From the NCBI GenBank assembly GCA_046260855.1, contig JBHEOJ010000001.1, forward strand, positions 360 through 56,779: DNA of 56,420 bases, given 5' to 3'. A model generated the notes under the pieces. The model had not been told where the DNA came from, did no database searches, and was given only the letters and a program-made list of their open reading frames with translations. This document shows, one piece after another, positions 11,672-23,668 of the stretch. The DNA is from Thioalkalivibrio sp. (GTDB lineage Bacteria > Pseudomonadota > Gammaproteobacteria > Ectothiorhodospirales > Ectothiorhodospiraceae). How positions within the stretch are numbered: the first letter of the stretch is position 1; each line of letters opens with the position of its first letter. Position numbers and translations under genes: made by a program.

Positions 11672-12163
11672 ATGAATGTCGCGATTCGCAACTTCTTCAA
11701 GAGCTTCATGCTGTGGGAGCTGCTTCTGGGCATGCGCCTGACCGGGCGCTACCTGTTCGCCCGCAAGATCACCGTGCAGTACCCGGAAGAGAAGACCCCC
11801 ATGTCGCCGCGCTTTCGTGGCCTGCACGCCCTGCGCCGTTATCCCAACGGTGAGGAGCGCTGCATCGCCTGCAAGCTGTGCGAGGCGGTCTGCCCAGCCC
11901 TGGCCATTACTATTGAGTCAGAGCAACGCAGCGACGGCACCCGACGTACCACCCGCTACGACATCGACCTGTTCAAATGCATCTTCTGCGGTTTCTGTGA
12001 AGAGGCCTGCCCGGTGGATTCCATTGTCGAGACCCACCTGTTCGAGTATCACTTCGAAAACCGGGGTGAGCAGATCATGACCAAGGACAAGCTGCTGACC
12101 ATCGGCGATCGCTACGAACAGCAGATCGCGGCCGCCCGTGCCGCCGATGCCCAGTACCGGTAA
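11672..12163 (+). CDS. nuoI: NADH-quinone oxidoreductase subunit I
   Basis: Two 4Fe-4S motifs, [12 protein letters not shown] and [12 protein letters not shown]. Confidence 0.97.
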   Translation: MNVAIRNFFKSFMLWELLLGMRLTGRYLFARKITVQYPEEKTPMSPRFRGLHALRRYPNGEERCIACKLCEAVCPALAITIESEQRSDGTRRTTRYDIDLFKCIFCGFCEEACPVDSIVETHLFEYHFENRGEQIMTKDKLLTIGDRYEQQIAAARAADAQYR

Positions 12164-12184
12164 GTCTCAAGGACACTTTTGACC

Positions 12185-12778
12185 ATGAACTTTGAAGCCT
12201 TCCTGTTTTATTTCTTCTCCGCGATCCTCGTGGGTGCGGCGGTGGCCATGATCACCGTGCGCAACCCGGTGCACGCGGCCCTGTTCCTGGTGCTGACGTT
12301 TTTCACTAGCGCGGCCCTGTGGATCATGCTGGAGGCAGAGTTCCTGGGCATCGTGCTGGTGCTGGTGTATGTCGGCGCGGTGATGGTGCTGTTCCTGTTC
12401 GTGGTGATGATGCTGGACATCAACCTGGCACGCATGCGCGAAGGCTTCATCCGCTTCCTGCCGGTGGGCATCCTGGTGGCCGTGACCATGGTCAGCGTGA
12501 TGGCGCTGGTGATCGTTCGCCACTTCCATATGGACGCGCCGCAAAGGGCAGGGGCCGACTACAACAACACCGAGGCCCTGGGCCAGATCCTGTACACCGA
12601 ATACGTCTACCCCTTCGAGATTGCTGCGGTGATCCTGCTGGTGGCCATCGTGGCGGCCATCGCACTGACCATGCGCCGTCGACAGGGCACCAAGTCCATC
12701 GATCCCGCCAAGCAGGTGCGTGTCACAAGCAAGGGCCGGGTGCGCATGGTGGACATGAAGTCGGAAGACAAATCCTGA
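12185..12778 (+). CDS. nuoJ: NADH-quinone oxidoreductase subunit J
   Basis: NPVHAAL, VYVGAVMVLFLFVVMML, position in operon. Confidence 0.96.
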   Translation: MNFEAFLFYFFSAILVGAAVAMITVRNPVHAALFLVLTFFTSAALWIMLEAEFLGIVLVLVYVGAVMVLFLFVVMMLDINLARMREGFIRFLPVGILVAVTMVSVMALVIVRHFHMDAPQRAGADYNNTEALGQILYTEYVYPFEIAAVILLVAIVAAIALTMRRRQGTKSIDPAKQVRVTSKGRVRMVDMKSEDKS

Positions 12779-12858
12779 TCCTTGGACTGAACAATACAAG
12801 TGGACAAGACGGCGCCAACGCCGCCATGACCCGAACGGGCTAACTAACGGGACCCAAC

Positions 12859-13164
12859 ATGATTTCTTTGTCGCACTATCTGGTACTCGGGGCGATCCTT
12901 TTCTCCCTGAGCATCGCTGGAATCTTCCTCAACCGGAAGAACGTGATCATCATTCTCATGTCCATTGAGCTGATGCTGCTGGCGGTGAACATGAACTTCA
13001 TCGCCTTCTCCCATTTCTCCGGGGATCTGGCCGGTCAGGTGTTCGTGTTCTTCATTCTCACCGTGGCTGCCGCCGAGGCCGCCATCGGACTGGCCATCCT
13101 CACCCTGGTGTTCCGCAACCGTCAGACCATCAATGTCCAGGATCTGGACGAGATGAAGGGATAA
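12859..13164 (+). CDS. nuoK: NADH-quinone oxidoreductase subunit K
   Basis: [18 protein letters not shown]. Confidence 0.97.
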   Translation: MISLSHYLVLGAILFSLSIAGIFLNRKNVIIILMSIELMLLAVNMNFIAFSHFSGDLAGQVFVFFILTVAAAEAAIGLAILTLVFRNRQTINVQDLDEMKG

Positions 13165-13168
13165 GATC

Positions 13169-15178
13169 ATGGAGAACATCTATCTCGCCATCGTCCTCGC
13201 CCCCCTTTTCGGCGCCATCGTGGCCGGCCTGTTCGGTCGCCAGGTAGGCCGGGTAGGCGCCCACACGGTCACCATCCTGGGTGTGGCCGTGTCCTTCCTG
13301 CTGTCCCTGTGGGTGTTCAAGGCCCACGTGTTCGATGGCGCGGCGATCCACAACGCCACGGTCTATACCTGGATGGTCAGCGACGGCATCCGCTTCGAGG
13401 TGGGTTTCCTGGTGGACAACCTCACCGCTATGATGATGCTGGTGGTGACCTTCGTGTCCCTGATGGTGCACATCTACACCGTCGGCTACATGCGCGACGA
13501 TCCGGGTTACCAGCGCTTCTTTGCCTATATCTCCCTGTTCACCTTCTCCATGCTCATGCTGGTGATGGCAAACAACTTCATGCAGTTGTTCTTCGGCTGG
13601 GAGGCGGTGGGCCTGGTCTCCTACCTTCTGATCGGTTTCTGGTACAAGCGCCCCACGGCCATCTACGCCAACATGAAGGCCTTTATCGTCAACCGCGTGG
13701 GTGACTTCGGCTTCATCCTGGGTATCGGCGCCCTGCTGTTGTACACGGGAAGCCTCGATTACTACGAGGTATTCGCTGAGGCCGAGGGTATCTCCCAGGC
13801 GACCATCAGCATCCTGCCTGACACGGAGTGGTCACTGCTGACGGTTGCCTGCATCCTGCTGTTCATTGGTGCCATGGGTAAATCCGCCCAGGTACCCCTG
13901 CACGTGTGGCTGCCGGATTCCATGGAAGGCCCGACCCCCATCTCCGCCCTGATCCATGCCGCCACCATGGTCACCGCCGGTATCTTCATGGTGGCGCGCA
14001 TGTCGCCGCTGTTCGAGCTCTCCACGGTGGCACTGTCCTTCGTGCTGATCATCGGCGCCATCACTGCCTTCTTCATGGGCCTGATCGGCATCGTGCAGAA
14101 CGACATCAAGCGGGTGGTGGCCTACTCGACACTCTCCCAGCTGGGCTACATGACCGTGGCACTGGGCGCCTCGGCCTATGCCGCAGGCGTGTTCCACCTC
14201 ATGACACATGCCTTCTTCAAGGCCCTGCTGTTCCTGGCCGCGGGCTCGGTGATCATGGCCATGCACCATGAGCAGGACATCCGCCGCATGGGCGGTCTTC
14301 GCAAGTACATGCCCATCACCTATATCACGGCCCTGATCGGTTCCCTGGCCCTGATCGGCTTCCCGGGCTTCTCCGGGTTCTTCTCCAAGGACGGCATCAT
14401 CGAGGCTGTGCACCTGTCCACGACCCCGGGCGCCAGCTTCGCCTACGTCCTGGTGCTGGCGGGTGTGTTTGTCACCGCCTTCTATTCCTTTCGCATGTTC
14501 TTCCTGGTGTTCCATGGCGAGGAGCGTTTCCGTAACGTGGAGCACCACGCGCACCACGACGATGAACACGCCGACGACCATGGCGATGATCATAGCCACC
14601 ACGGCCCCGTGGAACCCAAGGAATCCCCCTGGGTGGTCACGCTGCCCCTGATCCTGTTGGCCATCCCCTCGGTGCTGGCTGGCTATGTGGTGGGCCCCAT
14701 GCTGTTCGGCGACTTCTTCGCGGATGCCATCTACGTGGCCGAGGCGAACGACGTGCTGGCCCGGCTGGGCGAGGGCTATACCGGGGTGGTGGGCTACATC
14801 ATCCACGGCATCATGATGCCCCCCTTCTGGCTGGCCATGGCCGGTCTGGCCAGCGCCTGGTTCATCTACATGCGCAAGCCTTCCATCGCCGCTGCCGCCA
14901 AGACCCGCTTCTCGTGGATCTACAAGGTGCTGGAGCGCAAGTACGGTTTTGACGAGTTTAATGCCTTCGTGTTCGCCGGCGGAAGTGTCGGCCTGGGCCG
15001 GGCACTATGGCGCTTCGGTGATGTGTTCTTCATCGACGGCCTACTGGTCAACGGCAGCGCGAAGACCGTCGGATTTATCTCCAAGTACGCCCGCTTCAGC
15101 CAGACCGGATACCTGTATCACTATGCCTTTGCCATGATCATTGGCCTGCTGGTGCTGCTCACGGTCTTCGTGCTCTGA
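13169..15178 (+). CDS. nuoL: NADH-quinone oxidoreductase subunit L
   Basis: GKSAQVPLHVWLPDSMEGPTPISALIHAATMV, HAFFKALLF, His/Asp-rich loop. Confidence 0.97.
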   Translation: MENIYLAIVLAPLFGAIVAGLFGRQVGRVGAHTVTILGVAVSFLLSLWVFKAHVFDGAAIHNATVYTWMVSDGIRFEVGFLVDNLTAMMMLVVTFVSLMVHIYTVGYMRDDPGYQRFFAYISLFTFSMLMLVMANNFMQLFFGWEAVGLVSYLLIGFWYKRPTAIYANMKAFIVNRVGDFGFILGIGALLLYTGSLDYYEVFAEAEGISQATISILPDTEWSLLTVACILLFIGAMGKSAQVPLHVWLPDSMEGPTPISALIHAATMVTAGIFMVARMSPLFELSTVALSFVLIIGAITAFFMGLIGIVQNDIKRVVAYSTLSQLGYMTVALGASAYAAGVFHLMTHAFFKALLFLAAGSVIMAMHHEQDIRRMGGLRKYMPITYITALIGSLALIGFPGFSGFFSKDGIIEAVHLSTTPGASFAYVLVLAGVFVTAFYSFRMFFLVFHGEERFRNVEHHAHHDDEHADDHGDDHSHHGPVEPKESPWVVTLPLILLAIPSVLAGYVVGPMLFGDFFADAIYVAEANDVLARLGEGYTGVVGYIIHGIMMPPFWLAMAGLASAWFIYMRKPSIAAAAKTRFSWIYKVLERKYGFDEFNAFVFAGGSVGLGRALWRFGDVFFIDGLLVNGSAKTVGFISKYARFSQTGYLYHYAFAMIIGLLVLLTVFVL

Positions 15179-15242
15179 GTGCGGACCATAACGACAAGAC
15201 GATCGCAGCTGATCGAATCGCGGAACATTTTGGGACTGATCA

Positions 15243-16757
15243 ATGTTTGCTGACTGGCCACTTCTGAGTCTGGTGATCTGGACGCCGATCATCGGCGGCA
15301 TCCTGGTGCTGATGGCGGGGGACAAGATGCCCGATGGGGCACGTCGCCTGGCGCTGTTTTTCTCGGTGCTCACCTTTCTGATCAGCATCCCGCTGTTCGT
15401 GCATTTCGATCGTGGCACGCACCAGATGCAGTTCGTGGAACTGTTGCCCTGGATCAGCACCTTCAACGTCAATTACCACCTGGGCGTGGATGGCATCTCC
15501 ATGCCCCTGATCCTGCTAACGACATTTATCACCGTCCTGGTGGTGATTGCCGCATGGGAAGTCATCCAGAAGCGGGTCTCCCAGTACATGGCCGCCTTCC
15601 TGGTCATGACGGGCCTCATGAACGGCGTATTCGCTGCCCTGGATTCGGTCCTGTTCTACGTGTTCTTCGAAGCCATGCTGATTCCCATGTTCCTTGTGAT
15701 CGGCCTGTGGGGCGGGCCGAATCGGGTGTACGCCACCCTCAAGTTCTTCCTCTACACCTTCCTGGGTTCGGTGTTCATGCTGATCGCGTTGATCTACATG
15801 TACACCCGCTCCGGCAGCTTCGCGATCCTGGACTTCCACCAGCTGCAGCTGGGGATGACCGCGCAGATCCTGATCTTCCTGGCCTTCCTGGCGGCCTTCG
15901 CGGTGAAGATCCCCATGTGGCCGGTGCACACCTGGTTGCCGGATGCCCACGTGGAGGCGCCCACCGGCGGTTCAGTGGTCCTGGCGGCCATCATGCTCAA
16001 GATCGGCGGCTACGGCTTCCTGCGCTTCAGCCTGCCCATCACCCCGGACGCCTCCATGGCCCTGGACTGGCTGCTCATCACCATGTCGCTCATCGCCGTG
16101 GTCTACATCGGCTTCGTGGCCCTGGTGCAGCAGGACATGAAGAAGCTCATCGCCTATTCGTCCATTGCCCACATGGGCTTCGTGACCCTGGGCATCTTCA
16201 TCGTGTTCATGATCTACAACAACACCGGCGACTGGCAGGGTGCCGGTCTGGGCATCGAGGGTGCCATGGTGCAGATGATCTCCCATGGCTTCATCTCCGC
16301 CGCCATGTTCCTGTGCGTGGGTGTGCTCTACGACCGCATGCACAGCCGCCAGATTTCCGATTACGGCGGTGTGGCCAACACCATGCCCTGGTTTGCCGGT
16401 TTCTTCGTGCTGTTCGCCATGGCCAACACCGGCCTGCCGGGTACCTCCGGCTTCGTGGGTGAGTTCATGGTGATCCTGGCCAGCTTCAAGGCCAATTTCT
16501 GGATCGCCTTCCTGGCCGCCACCACCCTGATCCTGGCGGCGGGCTACACCCTGTGGCTGGTCAAGCGTGTCCTGTACGGCGAGATCGCCAACGACAACGT
16601 GGCCAAGCTCGAGGACATCAATCGCCGCGAGTTCCTGGTGCTAGGCATCCTCGCCTTCGTCGTGCTGCTGCTGGGTGTCTGGCCCGCGCCGCTGCTGGAG
16701 GTGATGCATGCCACGGTGGACAACCTGATTCAGCACATCGCAGTTTCAAAGCTCTGA
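15243..16757 (+). CDS. nuoM: NADH-quinone oxidoreductase subunit M
   Basis: [27 protein letters not shown]. Confidence 0.97.
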   Translation: MFADWPLLSLVIWTPIIGGILVLMAGDKMPDGARRLALFFSVLTFLISIPLFVHFDRGTHQMQFVELLPWISTFNVNYHLGVDGISMPLILLTTFITVLVVIAAWEVIQKRVSQYMAAFLVMTGLMNGVFAALDSVLFYVFFEAMLIPMFLVIGLWGGPNRVYATLKFFLYTFLGSVFMLIALIYMYTRSGSFAILDFHQLQLGMTAQILIFLAFLAAFAVKIPMWPVHTWLPDAHVEAPTGGSVVLAAIMLKIGGYGFLRFSLPITPDASMALDWLLITMSLIAVVYIGFVALVQQDMKKLIAYSSIAHMGFVTLGIFIVFMIYNNTGDWQGAGLGIEGAMVQMISHGFISAAMFLCVGVLYDRMHSRQISDYGGVANTMPWFAGFFVLFAMANTGLPGTSGFVGEFMVILASFKANFWIAFLAATTLILAAGYTLWLVKRVLYGEIANDNVAKLEDINRREFLVLGILAFVVLLLGVWPAPLLEVMHATVDNLIQHIAVSKL

Positions 16758-16773
16758 GTTCCTGGATAACGAC

Positions 16774-18219
16774 ATGACGCCCTTCGAGATCCCAGATTTT
16801 CTGCCCGTGATCCCCGAGTTGTTCGTGCTCGGCATGGCTTGCGCCATTCTCGTGATCGACCTGTTCGTGCCCCAGGCGCGCCGGGACATCACCTACGGGC
16901 TGTCTCAGTTCACCCTGATCGGTGCCGCGGTGCTGACGATTGCCCTGGCCGCCCCCGAGACCCGCTTCACCTTCAACGGCACCTTCATCGCCGACGGGCT
17001 CTCGGATCTGCTCAAGGTCGCCGTCTACCTGATCACCGCGGTGGTGTTCCTGTACTCCCGTCCCTACCTGCAAGACCGGGACATCTACAAGGGGGAGTAC
17101 TACGTGCTCGGTCTTTTCGGCGTGCTGGGCATGATGATCATGATCTCCTCCTACAGCTTCCTGACCCTGTACCTGGGTCTGGAACTGCTGTCCCTGTGCC
17201 TGTACGCCATGGTGGCCTTCGATCGGGATTCCGCCCGGGCCTCCGAGGCGGCCATGAAATACTTCGTCCTGGGCGCCATCGCCTCGGGCATGCTGCTCTA
17301 CGGCATGTCGATTCTCTACGGCATCACCGGCAGTCTGGACATCATTGCAGTAAGCAACTACCTGATCACCTCGGGCGGTGGTCTGAATGTACCCCTGGTG
17401 TTCGCCCTGTCCTTCGTGGTGGTGGGCCTGGCCTTCAAACTGGGCGCCGTGCCCTTCCACATGTGGGTGCCCGACGTCTATCACGGTGCGCCCACCTCGG
17501 TGACCCTGTTCATCGGTACCGCCCCCAAGCTGGCGGGCCTGGCCATCATCATGCGTCTGCTGGTGGACGGCCTGGGCGCCCTGCATGGTGACTGGCAGGG
17601 CATGCTCATGATCCTGGCGGTGCTGTCCCTGGCCGTGGGCAACGTGGTGGCCATCGCCCAGACCAACATCAAGCGTATGCTGGCCTACTCCACCATCTCC
17701 CATGTGGGGTTCATCCTCATGGGCATCCTGGCCGGCACCCACGAGGGCTATGCCGCGGCGCTGTTCTACACCCTGGTGTACGCCATCGTGGCTGCCGGCG
17801 GTTTCGGCATGATCATCCTGCTCTCCCGCCGGGGTTTCGAGGCGGAGAACCTGGACGATTTCCGCGGCCTGAACGAGCGCAGCCCTTGGTTTGCCTTCAT
17901 CATGCTGCTGATCATGTTCTCCATGGCGGGCGTGCCGCCCACCGTGGGTTTCTACGCCAAGCTTTCCGTGCTGCAGGCCGTGGTGCAGATCGAGATGTTC
18001 TGGCTGGCCATCTTCGCGGTGATCTTCTCCATCATCGGCGCCTTCTACTACCTGCGGGTGGTGAAGATCATGTATTTCGACAAGTCCGAGGACGAATCCC
18101 CGCTGCCCCGGGCACTGGGCATGAACGTGGTGCTCAGCGTCAATGGCCTGCTGGTGCTGGTGTTAGGGATCTTTCCCGGCCTTCTGATGTCTCTAGCTGC
18201 TGGAGCCATCGGCTGGTAA
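16774..18219 (+). CDS. nuoN: NADH-quinone oxidoreductase subunit N
   Basis: [32 protein letters not shown]. Confidence 0.97.
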   Translation: MTPFEIPDFLPVIPELFVLGMACAILVIDLFVPQARRDITYGLSQFTLIGAAVLTIALAAPETRFTFNGTFIADGLSDLLKVAVYLITAVVFLYSRPYLQDRDIYKGEYYVLGLFGVLGMMIMISSYSFLTLYLGLELLSLCLYAMVAFDRDSARASEAAMKYFVLGAIASGMLLYGMSILYGITGSLDIIAVSNYLITSGGGLNVPLVFALSFVVVGLAFKLGAVPFHMWVPDVYHGAPTSVTLFIGTAPKLAGLAIIMRLLVDGLGALHGDWQGMLMILAVLSLAVGNVVAIAQTNIKRMLAYSTISHVGFILMGILAGTHEGYAAALFYTLVYAIVAAGGFGMIILLSRRGFEAENLDDFRGLNERSPWFAFIMLLIMFSMAGVPPTVGFYAKLSVLQAVVQIEMFWLAIFAVIFSIIGAFYYLRVVKIMYFDKSEDESPLPRALGMNVVLSVNGLLVLVLGIFPGLLMSLAAGAIGW

Positions 18220-18235
18220 TGGGGTATTTGATCTA

Positions 18236-18559
18236 ATGGGAATGAGTTCAACCTGGCTGGTCTGGGTGTTTTTCGGGCTGGCCTTCGTGGTGGCCAACCT
18301 GCCGTGGCTGAGCGAACGGATATTTTTCGTCGTTGAGCCGAAGAAATCGGAAAAGGGCCCTGCCGTCAGGCTGCTGGAGTGGTTCATCCTCTACCTCATC
18401 GTGGGTCTGATCGCCATGGCTTTTGAACGCCAGGTGACCGGCGATAACCACCCTCAGGAGTGGGAGTTCTACGCCATCACCCTGTCCCTGTTCACGGTAT
18501 TTGCCCTGCCGGGGTTCATCTTCCGTTACGACCTGCTCAAGCTCCTGCGCCGCCGCTAG
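18236..18559 (+). CDS. Small membrane protein typically following nuoN (DUF2818-like)
   Basis: ANLPW, Q.WEFY and ALPGF motifs, three hydrophobic segments, located after nuoN. Confidence 0.8.
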   Translation: MGMSSTWLVWVFFGLAFVVANLPWLSERIFFVVEPKKSEKGPAVRLLEWFILYLIVGLIAMAFERQVTGDNHPQEWEFYAITLSLFTVFALPGFIFRYDLLKLLRRR

Positions 18560-18579
18560 CATGTAACCCGACACGGGGC

Positions 18580-18608
18580 TTGAAATTTCGCCCTCAAGTG
18601 TCTATAGT
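18580..18608 (+). promoter_or_regulatory. sigma70 promoter of the tRNA-Met-rimP-nusA-infB operon
   Basis: TTGAAA (18580-85), 17 nt, TATAGT (18603-08), then a GC-rich discriminator (ACGCCCC) just before the tRNA. Confidence 0.75.
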
Positions 18609-18620
18609 ACGCCCCTCTGA

Positions 18621-18697
18621 TGCGGGGTGGAGCAGTCTGGCAGCTCGTCGGGCTCATAACCCGAAGGTCGCAGGTTCAAATCCTGCCCCCGCTACCA
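18621..18697 (+). tRNA. Initiator tRNA-fMet (CAT)
   Basis: 77 nt, anticodon arm TCGGG-CTCATAA-CCCGA with three consecutive G-C pairs, unpaired 1:72, CCA end, metY-like position. Confidence 0.96.
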
Positions 18698-18706
18698 AGG
18701 ACTTAG

Positions 18707-18732
18707 AAAAAGGCCCCATCAGGGGCCTTTTT
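18707..18732 (+). terminator. Intrinsic terminator/attenuator after tRNA-Met
   Basis: AAAAAGGCCCC-atca-GGGGCCTTTTT. Confidence 0.7.
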
Positions 18733-18788
18733 GTTAACGGGCTCCGGGATGCGGTCGCCGGGAGTCAACAAAAGCCTGGTATTTCGAC

Positions 18789-18811
18789 AAGGGGCCGCGT
18801 GCCCTTTTTTT
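18789..18811 (+). promoter_or_regulatory. Terminator-like rimP leader hairpin
   Basis: AAGGGGCCGCGTGCCCTTTTTTT just upstream of rimP, resembling the conserved gammaproteobacterial rimP leader. Confidence 0.55.
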
Positions 18812-18829
18812 ATTTGTGGGGAGTGGTCG

Positions 18830-19309
18830 GTGGCGGAACAGGATTCCATGCAGCTCAAGGCCTTACTGGAGCCCCTGGTGGCCCGTATGGGTTATCAGCT
18901 GTGGGGCATGGAATACCGCGCCAGCAAGAACAGCGCCCTGCTGCGCCTGTTCATCGACAGCGAACGGGGCATTACCCTGGAAGACTGCACCGAGGTGAGC
19001 CGGCAGGTGAGCGCGCTCATGGACGTGGAAGACCCCATACAGCTGCCCTATACCCTGGAGGTCTCCTCCCCGGGCGTGGACCGGCCTCTGTTCGAGGCCG
19101 ACCACTACGTCCGTTACGTGGGTGAGCAGGTCAAGGTGCGTACCCTGTGGCCGGTGGAAGGGCAGCGCAATTTCGCCGGCGAGATCGTCTGCGCCGATGC
19201 CCAGTTCGTAACCCTGAAGGTCGATGGCAATTCAGTCCAGCTGCCCCTGGAGGCCATTGCCCGGGGCCGGCTCAAGGGTGTGTTGCCGCCGGCCACCCAG
19301 GAAGATTGA
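18830..19309 (+). CDS. rimP: Ribosome maturation factor RimP
   Basis: LRLFID...GITLEDC, YTLEVSSPGVDRPL. GTG start after GGGAG (start uncertain, ATG at 18848 possible). Confidence 0.95.
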   Translation: MAEQDSMQLKALLEPLVARMGYQLWGMEYRASKNSALLRLFIDSERGITLEDCTEVSRQVSALMDVEDPIQLPYTLEVSSPGVDRPLFEADHYVRYVGEQVKVRTLWPVEGQRNFAGEIVCADAQFVTLKVDGNSVQLPLEAIARGRLKGVLPPATQED

Positions 19310-19423
19310 ACATGAGTTTTGTTTGATGTCCGGCGCCTGCGGGATTGCCGGGAAGTAATTGAGTTGCCGTGACGACACGAGGTGAAAGCCCAGTCGGCAG
19401 AACGGTTTACTGGAGAAGCTGTG

Positions 19424-20935
19424 ATGAACAAAGAGATCCTGATGGTGGTGGACGCCGTTTCCAACGAAAAAGGCGTCGAGAAGACCGTGATCTTCGAGGC
19501 CATCGAGGCCGCACTTGCCTCCGCCACGCGCAAGAAGCATGGCGGTGAAATTGACGTGCGCGTCAGTATCCACCGGGAAAATGGCGACTACGAGACCTTC
19601 CGGCGCTGGCTGGTGGTGGACGATGAAGATCCGGAATTCGAAACCCCGGAGCGCCAGACCCTGATCTCCTATGCCCGTCAGAATCACCCGGACATCGAGG
19701 TGGGCGAATACATCGAAGAGCCCATGGAGTCCGTGGAGTTCGGCCGCATCGCCGCCCAGACCGCCAAACAGGTCATCGTGCAGAAGGTGCGCGAGGCCGA
19801 GCGCGCCAAGGTGGTGGACGAATTCCAGGACCGAGTGGGTGAGCTGGTCATGGGCGTGGTCAAGCGCACCGAGCGCAGCGGCGTGTTCCTGGACCTGGGC
19901 GGCAACGCCGAGGCCTTCATCCCGCGGGAAGACATGATTGCCCGCGAGACGGTACGTCCCAATGACCGTCTGCGCGGCTACCTGCGCGAAGTGCGTACCG
20001 AGCCCCGCGGCCCGCAGCTGTTCGTCAGCCGCACGGCGCCGGAATTCCTCATCGAGATGTTCAAGCTGGAAGTGCCCGAGGTGGGTCAGGGCATGATCGA
20101 CATCATGGGCGCTGCCCGGGACCCTGGCCTGCGTGCCAAGATCGCCGTGCGCTCCAACGATTCCCGCCTGGACCCGGTGGGTGCCTGCGTGGGCATGCGT
20201 GGCTCCCGGGTGCAGTCGGTCTCCAACGAGTTGGCAGGTGAGCGTGTCGACATTATTCTTTGGGACGATAATCCCGCCCAGTTCGTGATCAATGCCATGT
20301 CCCCCGCCGAGGTGCTGTCCATCGTGATGGACGAGGACCGCCATAGCATGGATATTGCCGTTGCCGAGGAGAAGCTCTCCCAGGCCATCGGCCGTGGTGG
20401 TCAGAACATCCGTCTGGCCTCCCAGCTCACCGGCTGGGATCTGAACGTGATGAACGAGGAACAGGCCGCCGACAAGAGCGAGGCGGAGGCTGCCGAGTTG
20501 CAGAACATGTTCATGGAAAGTCTGGACGTGGACGAAGAGGTGGCCGTCATCCTGGTGCAGGAAGGTTTCTCCAGCATCGAGGAAGTGGCCTACGTGCCCA
20601 CCTCCGAGATGACGCAGATCGAGGAGTTCGATGAGGACATCGTCGAGGAACTGCGCGCCCGTGCCCGGGACGCCCTGCTGACCAAGGCCATCGCCAGCGA
20701 AGAGCAGGTCACCGGCGAACCCGCCGAGGATCTGTTGTCCATGGACGGTATGGATAAGGAACTGGCCTTCAAGCTGGCCGCGCAGGGAATCTGCACCATG
20801 GAAGACCTGGCCGAACAGGCCGTGGATGACCTGGTGGAGCTGGTCGGCCTGGATGCCGAGCGGGCAGGTGAGTTGATCATGACCGCCCGCGCACCCTGGT
20901 TCGCGGAACAGGCGGATGAAGTAAAAGACGCGTAA
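19424..20935 (+). CDS. nusA: Transcription termination/antitermination factor NusA
   Basis: [39 protein letters not shown]. Confidence 0.98.
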   Translation: MNKEILMVVDAVSNEKGVEKTVIFEAIEAALASATRKKHGGEIDVRVSIHRENGDYETFRRWLVVDDEDPEFETPERQTLISYARQNHPDIEVGEYIEEPMESVEFGRIAAQTAKQVIVQKVREAERAKVVDEFQDRVGELVMGVVKRTERSGVFLDLGGNAEAFIPREDMIARETVRPNDRLRGYLREVRTEPRGPQLFVSRTAPEFLIEMFKLEVPEVGQGMIDIMGAARDPGLRAKIAVRSNDSRLDPVGACVGMRGSRVQSVSNELAGERVDIILWDDNPAQFVINAMSPAEVLSIVMDEDRHSMDIAVAEEKLSQAIGRGGQNIRLASQLTGWDLNVMNEEQAADKSEAEAAELQNMFMESLDVDEEVAVILVQEGFSSIEEVAYVPTSEMTQIEEFDEDIVEELRARARDALLTKAIASEEQVTGEPAEDLLSMDGMDKELAFKLAAQGICTMEDLAEQAVDDLVELVGLDAERAGELIMTARAPWFAEQADEVKDA

Positions 20936-21061
20936 TTAGAAAGCATGCGGCAGCGGGGCAGGTAGACGTTGCGACCGGCCGCCCGTTGGGGGCGGTGCCA
21001 TGGGCGCAGTGCAAAAGTGGTCCGGCATGCCGGCACAGAAAGTAAGCGGAGGTGATGGTAT

Positions 21062-23635
21062 ATGGCCGATGTAACGGTTAAGCAGTTGTCCGAGGTTGTG
21101 GGCACCCCAGTAGAGCGGCTCATCGAGCAGCTCGGCGAGGCAGGTGTCAGCGTCTCTGGCGCGGAAGAGACTGTCACCGAAGAGCAGAAGCTCAAGTTGC
21201 TGGATCACCTGCGCAAGAGCCACGGCAAGGCCGATGGCGGCGAAGGTAAGAAGATCACCCTGCGACGCAAGAGCACTACGGAGTTGCGGGTTACCGGCTC
21301 CCAGGGCCGCGCCAAGACGGTGAGCGTGGAGGTGCGCAAGCGCCGCACCTACGTCAAGCGTGACGAGTCGGAAGCCGAGCCGGTTGCCGAGCCTACACCG
21401 GCGCCAGTGCTCGAGAGTAAGGCCGCCCAGGTGGCCAAGCAGGTGGAAGAAGAGCGCAAGGCCGCCATGGATGCCTCGCGCCGTGCCGATGAAGAGCGCA
21501 AGGCCGTAGATGAGGCCCGCAAGGCCGAACACGCCCGCAAGGCCGCGGAGGAAGTCGCACGCGTGGAGGCCGAAGAGGCCGCCCGCCGTGAGGCCGAACA
21601 GGCGGCTGCAACACCGGCTCAGGCGCCGGCTGAAGAGCCCGCCATCGCTGCTGTCGCGGACGCGGCTGCCCCCGCTCCCGCCGATGCCGCCAAACCTGCC
21701 CGCCGCCGTCGTGGTCCCAAGGATCGCGAGGACGAAAAGGGCGGTCGCCGTGAGGAGTTGCATGTATCCAGCGACAAGCGTGGTCGGCGCAAGGGCAAAG
21801 GCAAGGGTGTCGGCCGTGCTGCCGCTGCTGCCGTCTCAAGTAAACATGGCTTCGAGCGTCCCACCGCGCCAGTAGTGCGCGAAGTGGCCCTGCCCGAATC
21901 CCTCACCGTCGGTGAGCTGGCCCAGAAGCTGGCCATCAAGGCGCCTGAATTGATCAAGGCCCTCATGGGCATGGGCGTCATGGCCACCATCAACCAGACC
22001 GTTGACCGTGACACCGCCACCCTGGTGGTGGAAGAGCTCGGGCATACGGCCGTCGTCGCGCAGGCGGAGGACCTGGACGAGGAGCTGTCCGTGTACGCTG
22101 CCGAGCCTACCGGTGAATTGAAGCATCGTCCGCCGGTGGTGACCATCATGGGTCACGTAGACCACGGCAAGACCTCCCTGCTGGATTACATCCGCTCCAC
22201 CCGCGTAGCCTCCGGCGAGGCCGGTGGCATCACCCAGCATATCGGCGCCTACCACGTGCAGACCGAGCGCGGCGGTATCACCTTCCTGGACACCCCCGGC
22301 CATGCCGCCTTTACGGCCATGCGTGCCCGTGGCGCCAAGGTGACCGATATCGTGATCCTGGTGGTGTCCGCTGACGATGGTGTCATGCCCCAGACCATCG
22401 AGGCGGTGCAGCATGCCAAGGCCGCCAGCGTGCCCATCGTGGTGGCGGTGAACAAGATCGACAAGCCCGAGGCCGATCCGGACCGGGTCAAGAACGAGCT
22501 TTCTGCCCATGACGTGATCCCAGAGGAGTGGGGTGGCGATACCCAGTTCGTGCACGTTTCCGCGCTCAAGGGCACGAACGTGGATGCACTGCTGGAGGCC
22601 ATCAACCTGCAGGCCGAGGTGATGGAGCTGACCGCGCCGCAAGAGGGTGCGGCCCATGGTGTGGTGATTGAATCGCGCCTGGACAAGGGCCGTGGCCCGG
22701 TGGCCACCGTGCTGGTACAGCAGGGCACCCTGAACAAGGGCGATGTGATCCTGACCGGCCAGGAGTTTGGCCGCGTGCGTGCCATGTTCGATGAGAACGG
22801 TAAGCCGGTGAAATCCGCTGGCCCTTCCATGCCCGTGGAGGTGCTGGGGCTTTCCGGCACGCCCAAAGCGGGTGATGACGTGCTGGTGCTCGAAGACGAG
22901 CGCAAGGCTCGGGAAGTGGCCCTGTTCCGTCAGGGCAAGTTCCGCGAGTCCAAGCTGGCCACCCAGCAGGCGACCAAGCTGGAGAACCTGTTCAACCAGA
23001 TGCAGGAAGGTGCTGGCCAGGTGGGTATGGTCAACATCCTGCTCAAGGCGGACGTGCAGGGCAGTGCCGAGGCCATCCGCGATGCCCTGGAGAAGCTCTC
23101 CACCGACGAGGTGAAGGTGAAGATCATCGCCGCCGGCGTGGGTGGTATCACCGAATCCGACATCAACCTGGCCAAGGCCTCCGAGGCCATCGTCATTGGC
23201 TTCAACGTGCGAGCCGATGGTGGGGCGCGCAAGGCAGTGGCGGAGCAGGACGTGGATCTGCGCTATTACAGTGTCATCTACGAGGCCATCGATGACGTCA
23301 AGCAGGCGCTCTCGGGCCTGCTGTCACCGGAGATGCGCGAAGAGATCGTGGGTCTGGCCGAGGTCAAGGATGTGTTCAAGTCCTCCGGCTTCGGTGCCGT
23401 GGCCGGCTGCCTGGTGGTGGAAGGCACCATCAAGCGTGGCAACCCGATCCGTGTCCTGCGCAATAACGTGGTGGTCTTTGAGGGTGAGCTGGAATCCCTG
23501 CGCCGCTTCAAGGACGACGTCAACGAAGTGCGCGCCGGTACCGACTGCGGTATCGCCGTGAAGAACTACAATGATGTGAAGCCGGGAGACCAGATCGAGG
23601 TCTACCAGCGCACCGAGGTGGCACGCACCCTGTAA
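21062..23635 (+). CDS. infB: Translation initiation factor IF-2
   Basis: [26 protein letters not shown]. Confidence 0.98.
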   Translation: MADVTVKQLSEVVGTPVERLIEQLGEAGVSVSGAEETVTEEQKLKLLDHLRKSHGKADGGEGKKITLRRKSTTELRVTGSQGRAKTVSVEVRKRRTYVKRDESEAEPVAEPTPAPVLESKAAQVAKQVEEERKAAMDASRRADEERKAVDEARKAEHARKAAEEVARVEAEEAARREAEQAAATPAQAPAEEPAIAAVADAAAPAPADAAKPARRRRGPKDREDEKGGRREELHVSSDKRGRRKGKGKGVGRAAAAAVSSKHGFERPTAPVVREVALPESLTVGELAQKLAIKAPELIKALMGMGVMATINQTVDRDTATLVVEELGHTAVVAQAEDLDEELSVYAAEPTGELKHRPPVVTIMGHVDHGKTSLLDYIRSTRVASGEAGGITQHIGAYHVQTERGGITFLDTPGHAAFTAMRARGAKVTDIVILVVSADDGVMPQTIEAVQHAKAASVPIVVAVNKIDKPEADPDRVKNELSAHDVIPEEWGGDTQFVHVSALKGTNVDALLEAINLQAEVMELTAPQEGAAHGVVIESRLDKGRGPVATVLVQQGTLNKGDVILTGQEFGRVRAMFDENGKPVKSAGPSMPVEVLGLSGTPKAGDDVLVLEDERKAREVALFRQGKFRESKLATQQATKLENLFNQMQEGAGQVGMVNILLKADVQGSAEAIRDALEKLSTDEVKVKIIAAGVGGITESDINLAKASEAIVIGFNVRADGGARKAVAEQDVDLRYYSVIYEAIDDVKQALSGLLSPEMREEIVGLAEVKDVFKSSGFGAVAGCLVVEGTIKRGNPIRVLRNNVVVFEGELESLRRFKDDVNEVRAGTDCGIAVKNYNDVKPGDQIEVYQRTEVARTL

Positions 23636-23668
23636 GGCGGTCCGCCGCCTTCAGGAAGCCAGGCCCTT

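Noticed and set aside
14535-14605. His/Asp-rich stretch in NuoL
   Set aside because: A common variable loop in proteobacterial NuoL, not unusual
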